Shown piece by piece: positions 9,180-18,185 of a DNA stretch of 64,000 bases. Below the pieces are notes generated by a model. It saw only the letters and a list, made by a program, of their open reading frames with translations, ran no database searches and was not told the DNA's origin. This DNA is from Alphaproteobacteria bacterium (GTDB taxonomy: Bacteria; Pseudomonadota; Alphaproteobacteria; CAAHEQ01; UBA3637): positions 40,272 through 104,271 of the forward strand of contig JAZLCE010000013.1 in NCBI GenBank assembly GCA_045614025.1. The letters run 5' to 3'. The position numbers were made by a program, and so were the translations under genes. Position 1 is the first letter of the stretch; each line of letters begins with the position of its first letter.

Positions 9180-10505
9180 TCACTTGCCAATGCAAAAATC
9201 TCTAAAAACAACATCAAGCAATTCGTCTGTTTCAATTTTTCCAACAATGCGGCCTAATGCTCTTGCACTTAAACGCAAATCTTCAGCTTTAAGCTCAATT
9301 TCTGGCGCCACCAAAGCACTTTTTAAAGAAAGCAGACAATCTTTTAATGCTACACGATATCTTTCACGCGTGATCACCCCATTACTGTCTGGTGCAAAAT
9401 TTTCTTTCAAAAATGAAGAAATAGCTTGTTGTAACTCTTTAAATCCTTGCGTTGTTTTCGCACTCATAAAAATTTCACCTTCTTGAGGTTTTTTATGAAT
9501 AATATCAATTTTGTTCCATACCGTAATAACAGGGATATTTTCAAGCTCTTTTGGCAATGGTTCTTTATGCGGATATGATGCAATATCTAAAACATGCAAA
9601 ATTAAATCTGATGATTCAGCTTTTCGAACAGCTCTTTTAATCCCTTCTGCTTCAATCGTTTCCAAACTTTCACGTAATCCAGCTGTATCTGCTAAACAAA
9701 CAGGGAATCCGTCAATATCTAAATAACTTTCAACAACATCTCTTGTTGTTCCTGCAATATCAGAAACAATGGCAACATCTCTTTTTGAAAGCAAATTGAT
9801 TAACGAAGATTTACCAACGTTTGGTTCCCCAATAATTGCAATTTGAAAACCATTTCTTAACCGTTCCCCTTTTTGATTATCCGTTAAATGATTTTCAATT
9901 TTTTCAATTAACTCTTGAATACCCTTATCAATTAAATCCATTTTTTCTGGTGGAATATCTTCTTCAGGAAAATCAATAAAAGCTTCTAAATAAGCCATAT
10001 CATGAACCAAAGCTTTTCGCCAATTTTCATAAAGCGAACCCAAAACACCTTGCATTTGAACTAAAGCTTGTTTGCGTTGCAATTCTGTTTGAGCATCAAT
10101 TAAATCCATCAACCCTTCGGCCGAAGTTAAATCCATTTTACCATAAACAACAGCTCTTCTGGAAAATTCACCAGCTTCTGCAGGACGCAAATTTTTAAAC
10201 CGAGACAAAGCTTTAAAAACCGCTGAAATAACCCCTTGTCCGCCATGAACTTGAAATTCAATTGTATCTTCACCTGTAAAACTATTTGGTCCTTTAAAAT
10301 AAAGACAAAGCGCTTGATCAATTTCAACTCCATCTTGATCAATCAATTTTGAAAAATAAGCATATCTGGGTTTTGGATTTTTAATTTTTGTCATTTCTTC
10401 AAAAACAGTTAACGCTTCTGTTCCGGATACCCTAATCACAGCAACGCCACCCTTACCGGCACCAGAAGAAAGCGCATAAATTGTTTCATTCATTGAATAT
10501 GCCAT
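9180..10505 (-). CDS. mnmE: tRNA modification GTPase MnmE (TrmE)
   Basis: 441 aa with 'IYALSSGAGKGGVAVIRVSG', G1 motif 'GEPNVGKSSL' and the C-terminal 'CIGK'. Confidence 0.97.
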   Translation of the reverse strand: MAYSMNETIYALSSGAGKGGVAVIRVSGTEALTVFEEMTKIKNPKPRYAYFSKLIDQDGVEIDQALCLYFKGPNSFTGEDTIEFQVHGGQGVISAVFKALSRFKNLRPAEAGEFSRRAVVYGKMDLTSAEGLMDLIDAQTELQRKQALVQMQGVLGSLYENWRKALVHDMAYLEAFIDFPEEDIPPEKMDLIDKGIQELIEKIENHLTDNQKGERLRNGFQIAIIGEPNVGKSSLINLLSKRDVAIVSDIAGTTRDVVESYLDIDGFPVCLADTAGLRESLETIEAEGIKRAVRKAESSDLILHVLDIASYPHKEPLPKELENIPVITVWNKIDIIHKKPQEGEIFMSAKTTQGFKELQQAISSFLKENFAPDSNGVITRERYRVALKDCLLSLKSALVAPEIELKAEDLRLSARALGRIVGKIETDELLDVVFRDFCIGK

Positions 10506-10506
10506 T

Positions 10507-11160
10507 TTAAATACCCTTCAAAACTTTAACAAATTGCGCACGAACAGCTTCAATATTAATATTTTTTTCAGAACTTGTCACCAAAATCTCTGGATATGCA
10601 GCAACATGCTTTTTTGCTGTTTCAATTGTTTCAGATAAAACTTTTTCACAAGCCGTTTTTGAAATTTTATCAATTTTTGTTAAAATAATTTGATAACTTA
10701 CTGCAGCAGAATCTAACATTTTCATAATCTTCACATCAACTTCTTTGATACCATGACGTGAATCAATCAATAAAAACACTCGCTTTAACTGAACACGCCC
10801 ACGTAAATAATCATGGATTAAACGTGTCCAAGCTTGAACCATTTTTTCTGGAGCAGCAGCATATCCATATCCAGGCAAATCAACAATATAAAACATACCT
10901 GAAGCATCAAAAAAATTAAGCTCTTGAGTTCGTCCAGGCGTATTAGAAGCCCGCGCCAATCCTCTTGTTTGCGTAACAGCATTAATTAATGACGATTTCC
11001 CCACATTTGAACGCCCTGCAAAAGCAAATTCAGGTAATTGACCAATTGGAAGTTGATCAACACTTGCTACACCTCTTAAAAAGACAGGACTCTTTTGAAA
11101 TAATTCATTTCCTTCTTTTTTCAATTTTTCAGTTTGTTCTTCAAGGGTTAAAAACGTCAT
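10507..11160 (-). CDS. engB: ribosome biogenesis GTP-binding protein EngB/YihA
   Basis: 217 aa with 'AFAGRSNVGKSSLINAV' and 'DLPGYGYA'. Confidence 0.95.
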   Translation of the reverse strand: MTFLTLEEQTEKLKKEGNELFQKSPVFLRGVASVDQLPIGQLPEFAFAGRSNVGKSSLINAVTQTRGLARASNTPGRTQELNFFDASGMFYIVDLPGYGYAAAPEKMVQAWTRLIHDYLRGRVQLKRVFLLIDSRHGIKEVDVKIMKMLDSAAVSYQIILTKIDKISKTACEKVLSETIETAKKHVAAYPEILVTSSEKNINIEAVRAQFVKVLKGI

Positions 11161-12815
11161 TATTCAACTCCTACTTTTTTCATAATATATTTTTGTTGTA
11201 AAATGGAAAGAACATTACTCCATGTCCAATAAATAATTAATCCTGATGCAAATGAAGCCATCATTAATGTGAAAATAACTGGCAAAAATTGCATCATTTT
11301 TGCTTGAGATTTATCAGTTGGTGCTGGAGAAAGCTTTTGTTGAATATACATTGTTAATCCCATTAAAATTGGCCAAATACCAATTGCAAGCAATGCTGGA
11401 ACTTCCCAATCAAAATATCCAAATCCATTGAAAATTGTTAACGGATCTGGCATGGATAAATCTTCAATCCAACCAAAGAAAGGAGCTTGACGCATATTAA
11501 TTGAAATTGAAAGAACTTTATATAACGCAAAGAAAACTGGAATTTGCAATAAGAGCGGTAAACAACCTGATGCAGGGTTAATTTTTTCGCGTTTATAAAG
11601 ATTTGCCATTTCAATTTGAAGACGTCTAGGATCATTTTTAAAACGATCTTGGATTTGCTTTAATTTTGGTTGAACTTTACGCATCTTTGCCATACTTTCA
11701 TATGACTTTGTTGCAATTGGAAGCATTGCAACGCGGATAATAGTTGCAAAAACAATAATTGCCACACCCATATTTCCAATCAAAGAATAAAGGTAATTTA
11801 AAAAGCTTAAAAAAGGCTGTGTTAAAAAGCGGAACCATCCAAAATCAATACTCAAATCAAAATGTTTAATATTCAAATCTTTTTGATATTGATTAATCAC
11901 ATTAATATCTTTAGCACCAGCAAAAAGCATCACTTTTTTTTCAATAGCACCTTGAGAAGGAATAACTATATTATCTGTTTCAAATGATGCATTATATTTT
12001 TTATTTTTATCTGAAGAAAATGTAACCGCTAAAGAATCATTTCCATCAAAAATCATTAATCCTTGCCAATATTTATCAGTTAATCCAAACCACCCAGATT
12101 CAGTTCTTCCAGAATAAATTATTGGTTTATCATCATATTTTTCTTCGACCAATTCATCATTTAAAAATCCAACAAAACCTTGATGAACCGTTGAAACAGC
12201 AGGCATTTCATTCATCACTCTTTCAAAAGAACCTTGTTGATAAACTTTAATAGGTTGATCTTTTAAATTATGAACTTTATCTAAGATAGAAATCATATAT
12301 TTATCATCAAGTTCAATTGTTCTTTCAATTTTAATATCAGCATTTTGAAAAACAAAAACTTTTTTTGTTTCACTAGACAACCCTTCATCTAAAGCCCAGA
12401 AAGAATTTAAATGAGGCATACTCACATCTTTGCTTTGCCACATTAAGCTTGTGAAATAATCTGAATTAAACAACTGAACTTTTTTAGAATCTTCCTCAAC
12501 AGTTTCTTTATATTTTAATAAAGATAAATCTGTTACACCCCCTAAAGCAGCATCAAAAGAAGCTTTAATATATTTATTTTCAAGTGTTACAGGCTCTGCT
12601 TTTATAGGAGCAGCCTCTTCTTGACCAACAACAGCATTAACCAATTTAGCATTATCAGCTTGTTCAACAACTGCTGTCGTCATAGAATTTTCAACAGCTT
12701 GTTGTTCTGGCGCATTCACATAATTAAAACCAAAAAATATTAATGTGACCAACACCATTGCGATCATCATATTTTTAATTTCTTCTTTTTGTGGACTTAC
12801 GTTATTTTTACTCAT
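11160..12815 (-). CDS. yidC: membrane protein insertase YidC
   Basis: 551 aa. An N-terminal TM and periplasmic domain are followed by the conserved 'GCLPLLLQIPVFFALYKVL' core. Lies in the rpmH-rnpA-yidD-yidC order. Confidence 0.95.
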   Translation of the reverse strand: MSKNNVSPQKEEIKNMMIAMVLVTLIFFGFNYVNAPEQQAVENSMTTAVVEQADNAKLVNAVVGQEEAAPIKAEPVTLENKYIKASFDAALGGVTDLSLLKYKETVEEDSKKVQLFNSDYFTSLMWQSKDVSMPHLNSFWALDEGLSSETKKVFVFQNADIKIERTIELDDKYMISILDKVHNLKDQPIKVYQQGSFERVMNEMPAVSTVHQGFVGFLNDELVEEKYDDKPIIYSGRTESGWFGLTDKYWQGLMIFDGNDSLAVTFSSDKNKKYNASFETDNIVIPSQGAIEKKVMLFAGAKDINVINQYQKDLNIKHFDLSIDFGWFRFLTQPFLSFLNYLYSLIGNMGVAIIVFATIIRVAMLPIATKSYESMAKMRKVQPKLKQIQDRFKNDPRRLQIEMANLYKREKINPASGCLPLLLQIPVFFALYKVLSISINMRQAPFFGWIEDLSMPDPLTIFNGFGYFDWEVPALLAIGIWPILMGLTMYIQQKLSPAPTDKSQAKMMQFLPVIFTLMMASFASGLIIYWTWSNVLSILQQKYIMKKVGVE

Positions 12816-12825
12816 TTATTTTCCC

Positions 12826-13071
12826 TTATTTTGATAATTTCTTGGGAACAGGATCATATCCTGACCCGCCCCATGGATGACACTTTAAAATTCGTTTGGT
12901 TGTTAAAATACCACCTTTTACAACCCCATGCAACAAAAAAGCTTCTTTTGCATAATCTGAACAACTTGGTTGAAACCTGCAAATACTTCCTTTAACCGGC
13001 GAAAGAAAAAGCTGATATAGCCGGATCAATAACAAACAAAAAAAAAGCAAAATTTTATGCAAGAATTTCAT
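12826..13071 (-). CDS. yidD: membrane protein insertion efficiency factor YidD
   Basis: 81 aa with '[14 protein letters not shown]...[14 protein letters not shown]'. Confidence 0.9.
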   Translation of the reverse strand: MKFLHKILLFFCLLLIRLYQLFLSPVKGSICRFQPSCSDYAKEAFLLHGVVKGGILTTKRILKCHPWGGSGYDPVPKKLSK

Positions 13072-13453
13072 CTTCTTTTTTTTGTTCCTCTTCCTCAGTT
13101 TGCCGCTTAATAAAAGATTTTAAAAGATATTTCAAATCCTTTTTTAAATTTAAAAAATCTTCATCTAATGCAGCCATTCTAGCAATAATCACATAATCAA
13201 ACCCCGCACAAGCATACTCTTTAAAAACAAGGCGTGCAACTTCTCTTAAACGGCGACGAATACGATTTCTTTGAACCGCATTTCCCAACTTTTTCGTTAC
13301 CGTAAATCCCAAACGCGCCCCTTGAGTTTCATTTTGAGCAACCACTTGCAAAATCATTGTTTTCGCAACAAACTTTTTACCGTGATGCGTTGCTTTTACA
13401 AACATACGGCGTTTTTTCATTCTTACAGGTTGTTCGTTTGTGATAACTAACAT
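13055..13453 (-). CDS. rnpA: ribonuclease P protein component
   Basis: 132 aa. Basic, with the '[14 protein letters not shown]' RNR motif. Lies immediately downstream of rpmH. Confidence 0.85.
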   Translation of the reverse strand: MLVITNEQPVRMKKRRMFVKATHHGKKFVAKTMILQVVAQNETQGARLGFTVTKKLGNAVQRNRIRRRLREVARLVFKEYACAGFDYVIIARMAALDEDFLNLKKDLKYLLKSFIKRQTEEEEQKKEDEILA

Positions 13454-13541
13454 TTTTTCTTCCGAATAAAAAAAAGGAACAATATCGCATCGCTCCCTTT
13501 TTATAATAGTTTAAACTAATCTTCGTCTCTTTTAAGCAAAC

Positions 13542-13676
13542 TTAAGCGCTTAAAACTTTACGACCTTTACGGCGACGAGCGTTCAAAACTTTACGACCAC
13601 CTAATGTAGCCATTCTTGCTCTGAATCCGTGACGACGTGTCCGAACAAGCTTACTTGGTTGATATGTGCGTTTCAT
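13542..13676 (-). CDS. rpmH: 50S ribosomal protein L34
   Basis: Not in the ORF track because it is under 60 aa. The reverse strand translates to [44 protein letters not shown] (44 aa), which is canonical L34. AAGGAG SD lies upstream. Confidence 0.95.
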   Translation of the reverse strand: MKRTYQPSKLVRTRRHGFRARMATLGGRKVLNARRRKGRKVLSA

Positions 13677-13755
13677 CTTATTTCTCCTTAAATTAATATC
13701 GTTATTGCATTATCAGACCGCCTGTTTCGGGCCTGTTTTAATTAAAGTGTTCTTC

Positions 13756-13784
13756 TTTATACAGTTTTTAGACAATAAAGTCAA
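13756..13784 (-). promoter_or_regulatory. candidate sigma70-type promoter for rpmH-rnpA-yidD-yidC
   Basis: On the minus strand: TTGACT (13784-13779), a 17-nt spacer, then TATAAA (13761-13756). Confidence 0.4.
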
Positions 13785-13808
13785 GCATTTTTTTATAAAA
13801 GTTAAAAA

Positions 13809-14456
13809 TTATTCATAAATGCGTTCTTTTTCATCTCTTAAATATCTTTCAAGACCTAAAAGACGATTCATTTCTTGAGCATTTAAATTTTCAAGATTCA
13901 CACGCTCAATATGATCCAATGCCGCATTAATCATCCCCTCATACTCTATACGTTCTTCAGGAGTTAATTTTGCCAAATCCCTTCTGATACGTGGCAAATC
14001 TGCTCTAATACGAGATCGTTCATCTCCTAAGCCTTCAAGCAAAATGCGTTGAGCTACAGTTGGTCGAACAGATAATTTTTTATTAAATTCTTGAGGACGA
14101 ATCACTCTATCTTCTTTTGATCTAGAAGATTGATTTGAATGTTGTAATCTTGCCCTATCTTTTGCAAAACTAACAACCACAAAACAACGGTATAAATGAC
14201 TAAGCAAGCGTTCTGCTGCCTCTTTTCGGTCCGAATCTGCAGGAATTTTTGAACAAATATCCGCAGCCAATTCATATTCAAGCAAGATATCTCTTTCAAC
14301 CTTAGTAACAATATCAAGCTCTTCTTTTGTTACAATTCCATCAGAAAAAACATTCTTTAAAAAACTAATTAAATCTCTATAACGACTAAGTGTTGGAAAT
14401 CTTGAATTTTTACGATATTCATCAACATTATCCGTGTAAAATGATTCTTCACCCAT
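13809..14456 (-). CDS. hypothetical protein (orphan, Arg/Glu-rich helical)
   Basis: The ORF track extends to 14516, which overlaps the upstream gene. The ATG at 14456 ('MGEESFYTDN..') has an AGGAAG SD and lies 10 nt after the upstream stop. No family recognised. Confidence 0.55.
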   Translation of the reverse strand: MGEESFYTDNVDEYRKNSRFPTLSRYRDLISFLKNVFSDGIVTKEELDIVTKVERDILLEYELAADICSKIPADSDRKEAAERLLSHLYRCFVVVSFAKDRARLQHSNQSSRSKEDRVIRPQEFNKKLSVRPTVAQRILLEGLGDERSRIRADLPRIRRDLAKLTPEERIEYEGMINAALDHIERVNLENLNAQEMNRLLGLERYLRDEKERIYE

Positions 14457-14466
14457 TATAATCTTC

Positions 14467-15294
14467 CTATCCAACAACTTCTTTTGTAGCAGCCATCCGA
14501 GCCAAACTCTGACCAAAACTTATACCTTGCAGCGCTTGCAGCATCGCACCCTTTGAATTCATCTTACTTAATCCAGAAACCAATGTTTCTGCCCAAGCTG
14601 AAAAGCCTTGTTGTTCTGCCGGCGTTGTTTTATCTTTAAATTCTTGAACCAAGCCAGACATCATTTCTGTCAATCTTGCTTTAGGGTCATTCGCTAACTC
14701 AGAAAGCATTAATGCCTGCCGAACAGCCGGTGATGCATTTGTTAAACCAATCTTTAATTGATGATGATCCCTTGGCGTCAACATCACATCCGTTACAATA
14801 TTCACATTATAAGAAGAATTTGCCCCTTCTTGATTTGGACCAAAATAAGCATCTGCCACATCCATTTTTTCAAGTTGAGCCAAACGTTTTCTTTCCATTT
14901 TTTCACGTAATAAAGCAGCTTTCACATACATGTTTGTTAAATGAGTGGAAAGTGTTTCGGCACCCATTATTTTTGAATCATCCATTCCTAAAGTGCTTGA
15001 AAAAACAGCCACACCTAAAAGTTGAGAAAGCAATTCTGACTTCACAAATTCAACCGTTTGAACATCTTCATCAGTCAACGTTTCTTTATTCAAGAGCGCA
15101 TTCATTTTTTCAACATACTCTGACTGCAAAACTTGTTGTTTAATTAAATCTGCTGCTGTTGGTTCAGAATTAGAAGGCGCAGAATCTTGTTCTTGAACCA
15201 CTTCATCAGCAAGAACATCTTTAACTTTTTCTGAATCTTTTTCTTCTTCAAGATTCTCTTTTTCCATTACTTCATTTTCTAATTCATTTTCCAT
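14467..15294 (-). CDS. hypothetical protein (orphan, acidic N-terminus)
   Basis: The ATG at 15294 is preceded by AGGTGGG; the ORF track's GTG at 15303 is an alternative start. The N-terminus 'MENELENEVMEKENLEEEKDSEKVKD' is strongly acidic. No signal peptide and no family recognised. Confidence 0.55.
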   Translation of the reverse strand: MENELENEVMEKENLEEEKDSEKVKDVLADEVVQEQDSAPSNSEPTAADLIKQQVLQSEYVEKMNALLNKETLTDEDVQTVEFVKSELLSQLLGVAVFSSTLGMDDSKIMGAETLSTHLTNMYVKAALLREKMERKRLAQLEKMDVADAYFGPNQEGANSSYNVNIVTDVMLTPRDHHQLKIGLTNASPAVRQALMLSELANDPKARLTEMMSGLVQEFKDKTTPAEQQGFSAWAETLVSGLSKMNSKGAMLQALQGISFGQSLARMAATKEVVG

Positions 15295-15343
15295 ATTACC
15301 CACCTTACAAATACCTTCCTAACTATTATTTTAACAGATTTAT

Positions 15344-15874
15344 TTATTTTGTCAAGTGTTTTAAAACAGCAAAAGGATTCTCTTTCACATCTTCAGCTTT
15401 CAACTCATAATAAGAAAAAGTTTCATCTGTTTTTTTAGGAAATGGATTCAACGCAAGCCCTAACTGTTCTTGAACAATATTGTAAAAATAAATTCGACCA
15501 TTTTCAACAAGCTCAACATCTTCCTCATCCACTAGAAAATCCCCCTTATTCAAAAGAGCATTATAAAGATTTTCATCTTCAGTAAATAAAAGGCGAACCG
15601 GGTCTTTAATTTCAGTTTCAAATTCTTCCAATGAAACAACACATTTTTGTTTTATTTTTGCCGTTAAAGTCCCCTGAATTTCCATATAATCTTTATTTAA
15701 AAAGGCATCAAATTCAAATATTAAACTTTGAATTAAAGGTAACTCAAAAAAATTTTTCAATTCTTCTTTTTGACTCTCAGTTGCCTCCAAGATATAATGT
15801 TTTTTTGATTTATTTATTGTTCTAACATCTAAAACAAATGCAATGTCTTTTTTAGATTTTGAGGATTTTTCCAT
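15344..15874 (-). CDS. yceD: YceD/DUF177-family protein (23S rRNA accumulation protein)
   Basis: 176 aa. Acidic, with a C-terminal 'ALNPFPKK....NPFAVLKHL' pattern typical of DUF177. Divergent from bamE, as in many alphaproteobacteria. Confidence 0.7.
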   Translation of the reverse strand: MEKSSKSKKDIAFVLDVRTINKSKKHYILEATESQKEELKNFFELPLIQSLIFEFDAFLNKDYMEIQGTLTAKIKQKCVVSLEEFETEIKDPVRLLFTEDENLYNALLNKGDFLVDEEDVELVENGRIYFYNIVQEQLGLALNPFPKKTDETFSYYELKAEDVKENPFAVLKHLTK

Positions 15875-15935
15875 TGACGAAACACCTTTCTTTTGCTTAT
15901 ATTAAATTAAATTTATTATAGCAAAGAAGGTGACA

Positions 15936-16394
15936 ATGTTCAAGAAACTTATTTATGTATCTTTACTATCAAGTACAATGCTTTTATCAGCCTGTGGATT
16001 TGAAACATATCAAAGCGGGGATTTACCCTCTCAAAAAAGATTGGATATGATAACAACAGGTTACTCAAAAGAGAAAGTTCTCGATTTGCTCGGTGCTCCA
16101 ATTTTTGAAAATAAAATTGGAAATGAATCTTTTTATATTTATTTTAGAAGTAAAAAAGAAAATCGCGCATTCTTTCATCCAGAAGAAGTTGAACGCGATA
16201 TATATGTCATTTCATTCGCATCAAATCAAACAGTTAAATCTGTTGAGCACTTAACTCTTAAAGATGGAAATGAAATTACTTTTGACGAATCTTACACAAA
16301 AGTAACCGGAAAAGAACTTTCCATCATGGAACAATTGGTTAAAAACTTTGGTCGATATGATGCAGGTGGCCGTGATAGTTCACAACGAATGTAA
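15936..16394 (+). CDS. bamE: outer membrane assembly lipoprotein BamE (SmpA/OmlA family)
   Basis: Lipobox 'LLSAC|G' and 'GYSKEKVLDLLGAPIFE' fit SmpA/OmlA. The ATG at 15936 follows a GAAGGTG SD; the ORF-track GTG at 15930 is less likely. Confidence 0.7.
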   Translation: MFKKLIYVSLLSSTMLLSACGFETYQSGDLPSQKRLDMITTGYSKEKVLDLLGAPIFENKIGNESFYIYFRSKKENRAFFHPEEVERDIYVISFASNQTVKSVEHLTLKDGNEITFDESYTKVTGKELSIMEQLVKNFGRYDAGGRDSSQRM

Positions 16395-16444
16395 AAAAAT
16401 AAAAGAGCGATTTTTATAATCGCTTTTTTAATACATCAATAAAA

Positions 16445-16480
16445 TAAAAAAAGCGCCTCAAAATGAAGCGCTTTTTTTAT
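16445..16480. terminator. bidirectional hairpin between convergent bamE and the ppiC-type gene
   Basis: AAAAAGCGCCTCA / TGAAGCGCTTTTT imperfect inverted repeat flanked by A- and T-runs. Confidence 0.6.
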
Positions 16481-16489
16481 TTGCAAGAA

Positions 16490-17677
16490 TTATTTGCTTT
16501 CAACCGATGGCGTTACCGTTTCAGCTGCAGGTGTTTCTACAGGAGCTTCAGCAGGCGTTTCAGTTGTTGTTTCCGCTGGCACTTCTGCAGGTGTTTCTGC
16601 TGGTTTTTCAGGAACAATTTCTGTTACTGTTTCAGCTTCAACAACTGGTGTTGCAGATTCAATAGTTTCAGCTACTTCTTGTGCTTCTTCAGGCAAAACT
16701 TCTGGTTCTAAAGCCATATCAGCTTCTTCAACAGAAACAGGCTTTGTTTCAAGTGTTGAAACAAGAACTTGAGCTTTGAAACGTTTTAATTCATCTTCAA
16801 TTAATTCTGGAACTTTTTGAGAAAACAATTGTTTGCGCAAGAAATCTTTTGTTTCTTCAAATGAAGGTGGCGCAGCCATGCGACGATCTTCAACTAAAAC
16901 AATATGCCAACCAAATGAAGTTTTAATTGGTTCAGACAATTGACCTTTCTTAAGTTCAAAAACAGGTTCTGTAAATGCAGGGATCATCATTTCTTTTTTG
17001 AAATAACCTAAATCACCACCATTATTACTTCCTGCATCCAATGATTTTTTGTTTGCTAAAATTTTAAAATCTGCACCAGCTTTCAATTGAACTAAAATAT
17101 CTTTAGCTTCTTTTTCAGATTTTACCAAAATATGACGAGCGCGAACTTCTTCTTGACGAGGGAAGTTTTTAATTTCTTCCATGTAGATTTGTTTTAACTC
17201 TTCATCTGATACCATTTTTTTGAATTTTTCAACCAAATAGGCTTCAAATAAAATAGCATTGATTCTTTGTTGAACAATTGGGTTTTTAGCAACATCAGAA
17301 CCTTTAACTGCTTTTTTAAGAACTTTTTCAGAAACAACATCCTTAACCAATTGAGGATAAATAGCTTCAAATGGCAATTCTGATAATTGAGGAATTTGAG
17401 AAACCAACTCTTTTACTTCTGACAAATAAACTGGATCTCCATCAACTGTTGCCACAACCTTGCCTGTTTTTGATTTAAAATCAGACCATGAAGGAATTTG
17501 AACCCAATTGTTAGCAGCCATTGCCCAAATTGTTGCAACAATAATAGCAAAACCACCAACCAAAATTGTTCCCGTTTTCAATTTTGAAGCACATGAACAA
17601 TTACAACCTGTTTTATCACAAACTTTTTCAACCGTCTTTTGTTCTTGAACGGTTGCTTCTTTTGTTTTTTTAACCAT
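16490..17677 (-). CDS. membrane-anchored parvulin (PpiC-type) peptidyl-prolyl isomerase with low-complexity C-terminal tail
   Basis: 395 aa. N-terminal TM 'ILVGGFAIIVATIWAMA' and parvulin core 'RARHILVKSEKEAKDIL...GGDLGYF...SFGWHIVLVEDRR'. The C-terminal roughly 60 aa are PAE/TVE-rich ('ETPAEVPAETTTETPAEAPVETPAAETV'). Confidence 0.85.
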   Translation of the reverse strand: MVKKTKEATVQEQKTVEKVCDKTGCNCSCASKLKTGTILVGGFAIIVATIWAMAANNWVQIPSWSDFKSKTGKVVATVDGDPVYLSEVKELVSQIPQLSELPFEAIYPQLVKDVVSEKVLKKAVKGSDVAKNPIVQQRINAILFEAYLVEKFKKMVSDEELKQIYMEEIKNFPRQEEVRARHILVKSEKEAKDILVQLKAGADFKILANKKSLDAGSNNGGDLGYFKKEMMIPAFTEPVFELKKGQLSEPIKTSFGWHIVLVEDRRMAAPPSFEETKDFLRKQLFSQKVPELIEDELKRFKAQVLVSTLETKPVSVEEADMALEPEVLPEEAQEVAETIESATPVVEAETVTEIVPEKPAETPAEVPAETTTETPAEAPVETPAAETVTPSVESK

Positions 17678-17774
17678 TTTTCTCTCCTTTTTAAGCTACA
17701 ATAATTTTTTTATAATAACTTTTCAAAGAAAAATCAAACGTTATTTTATGGTTTTTTAAATTTATTTAAGCTTT

Positions 17775-18176
17775 TTATCTTAAGCGTTTTGATAGCTCTC
17801 CGATAAATCCTTTTGCAATAGATGGGTGAAGTGACATAACCTGATATAATCTATGACCACTAATTTTTAAAACAATTGTTTTTTCAAGAGCTTTAACTGG
17901 ATATGGCAAAACAGCTGGACTTAAAACTGTTGTTTCTCCAAAAATTTGACGCGAGGCAAATTCTTGTATCGTTTCTCCTTCTTGAACTGCTGCAGCCTTT
18001 CCTAAAAGAACAATAAATAAAAATGAATTTTCTTTTTCATTATCAATAATCACATCCCCTGCTTTATAAGTTTTTTCTTCTGACGCTGTAATTAAATCAG
18101 AAAGCGCCATTTCTGAAGCACTTTCAAACATAGGAATATTTTTTAAAACTAAAACTTTTTCAAATGTTATTGACAT
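17775..18176 (-). CDS. stand-alone cyclic-nucleotide-binding-domain protein
   Basis: 133 aa. The beta-roll pattern 'AGDVIIDNEKENSFLFIVLLGKAAAV....FGETTVLSP...PVKALEKTIVLKI' is typical of cNMP-binding/Crp-like domains, with no DNA-binding domain. The start lies 9 nt after the upstream stop. Confidence 0.7.
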   Translation of the reverse strand: MSITFEKVLVLKNIPMFESASEMALSDLITASEEKTYKAGDVIIDNEKENSFLFIVLLGKAAAVQEGETIQEFASRQIFGETTVLSPAVLPYPVKALEKTIVLKISGHRLYQVMSLHPSIAKGFIGELSKRLR

Positions 18177-18185
18177 TTTTTTCTC

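Noticed and set aside
9106-9726. Plus-strand ORFs (126 and 71 aa) opposite mnmE. Similar antisense ORFs occur inside mnmG-adjacent genes, yidC, the 14467-15294 orphan gene (14712-15143), ptsN/hpf (41848-42324, 42294-42569), ftsY, corC, the autotransporter, lptD and others.
   Set aside because: All lie entirely within well-supported conserved genes on the opposite strand. They lack SD sequences and have no recognisable protein features.
16463-16772. Plus-strand ORFs of 82 and 92 aa opposite the 3' end of the ppiC-type gene
   Set aside because: They are shadow ORFs created by the low-complexity PAE/TVE-rich tail of the minus-strand PPIase. They have no SD and a biased composition.
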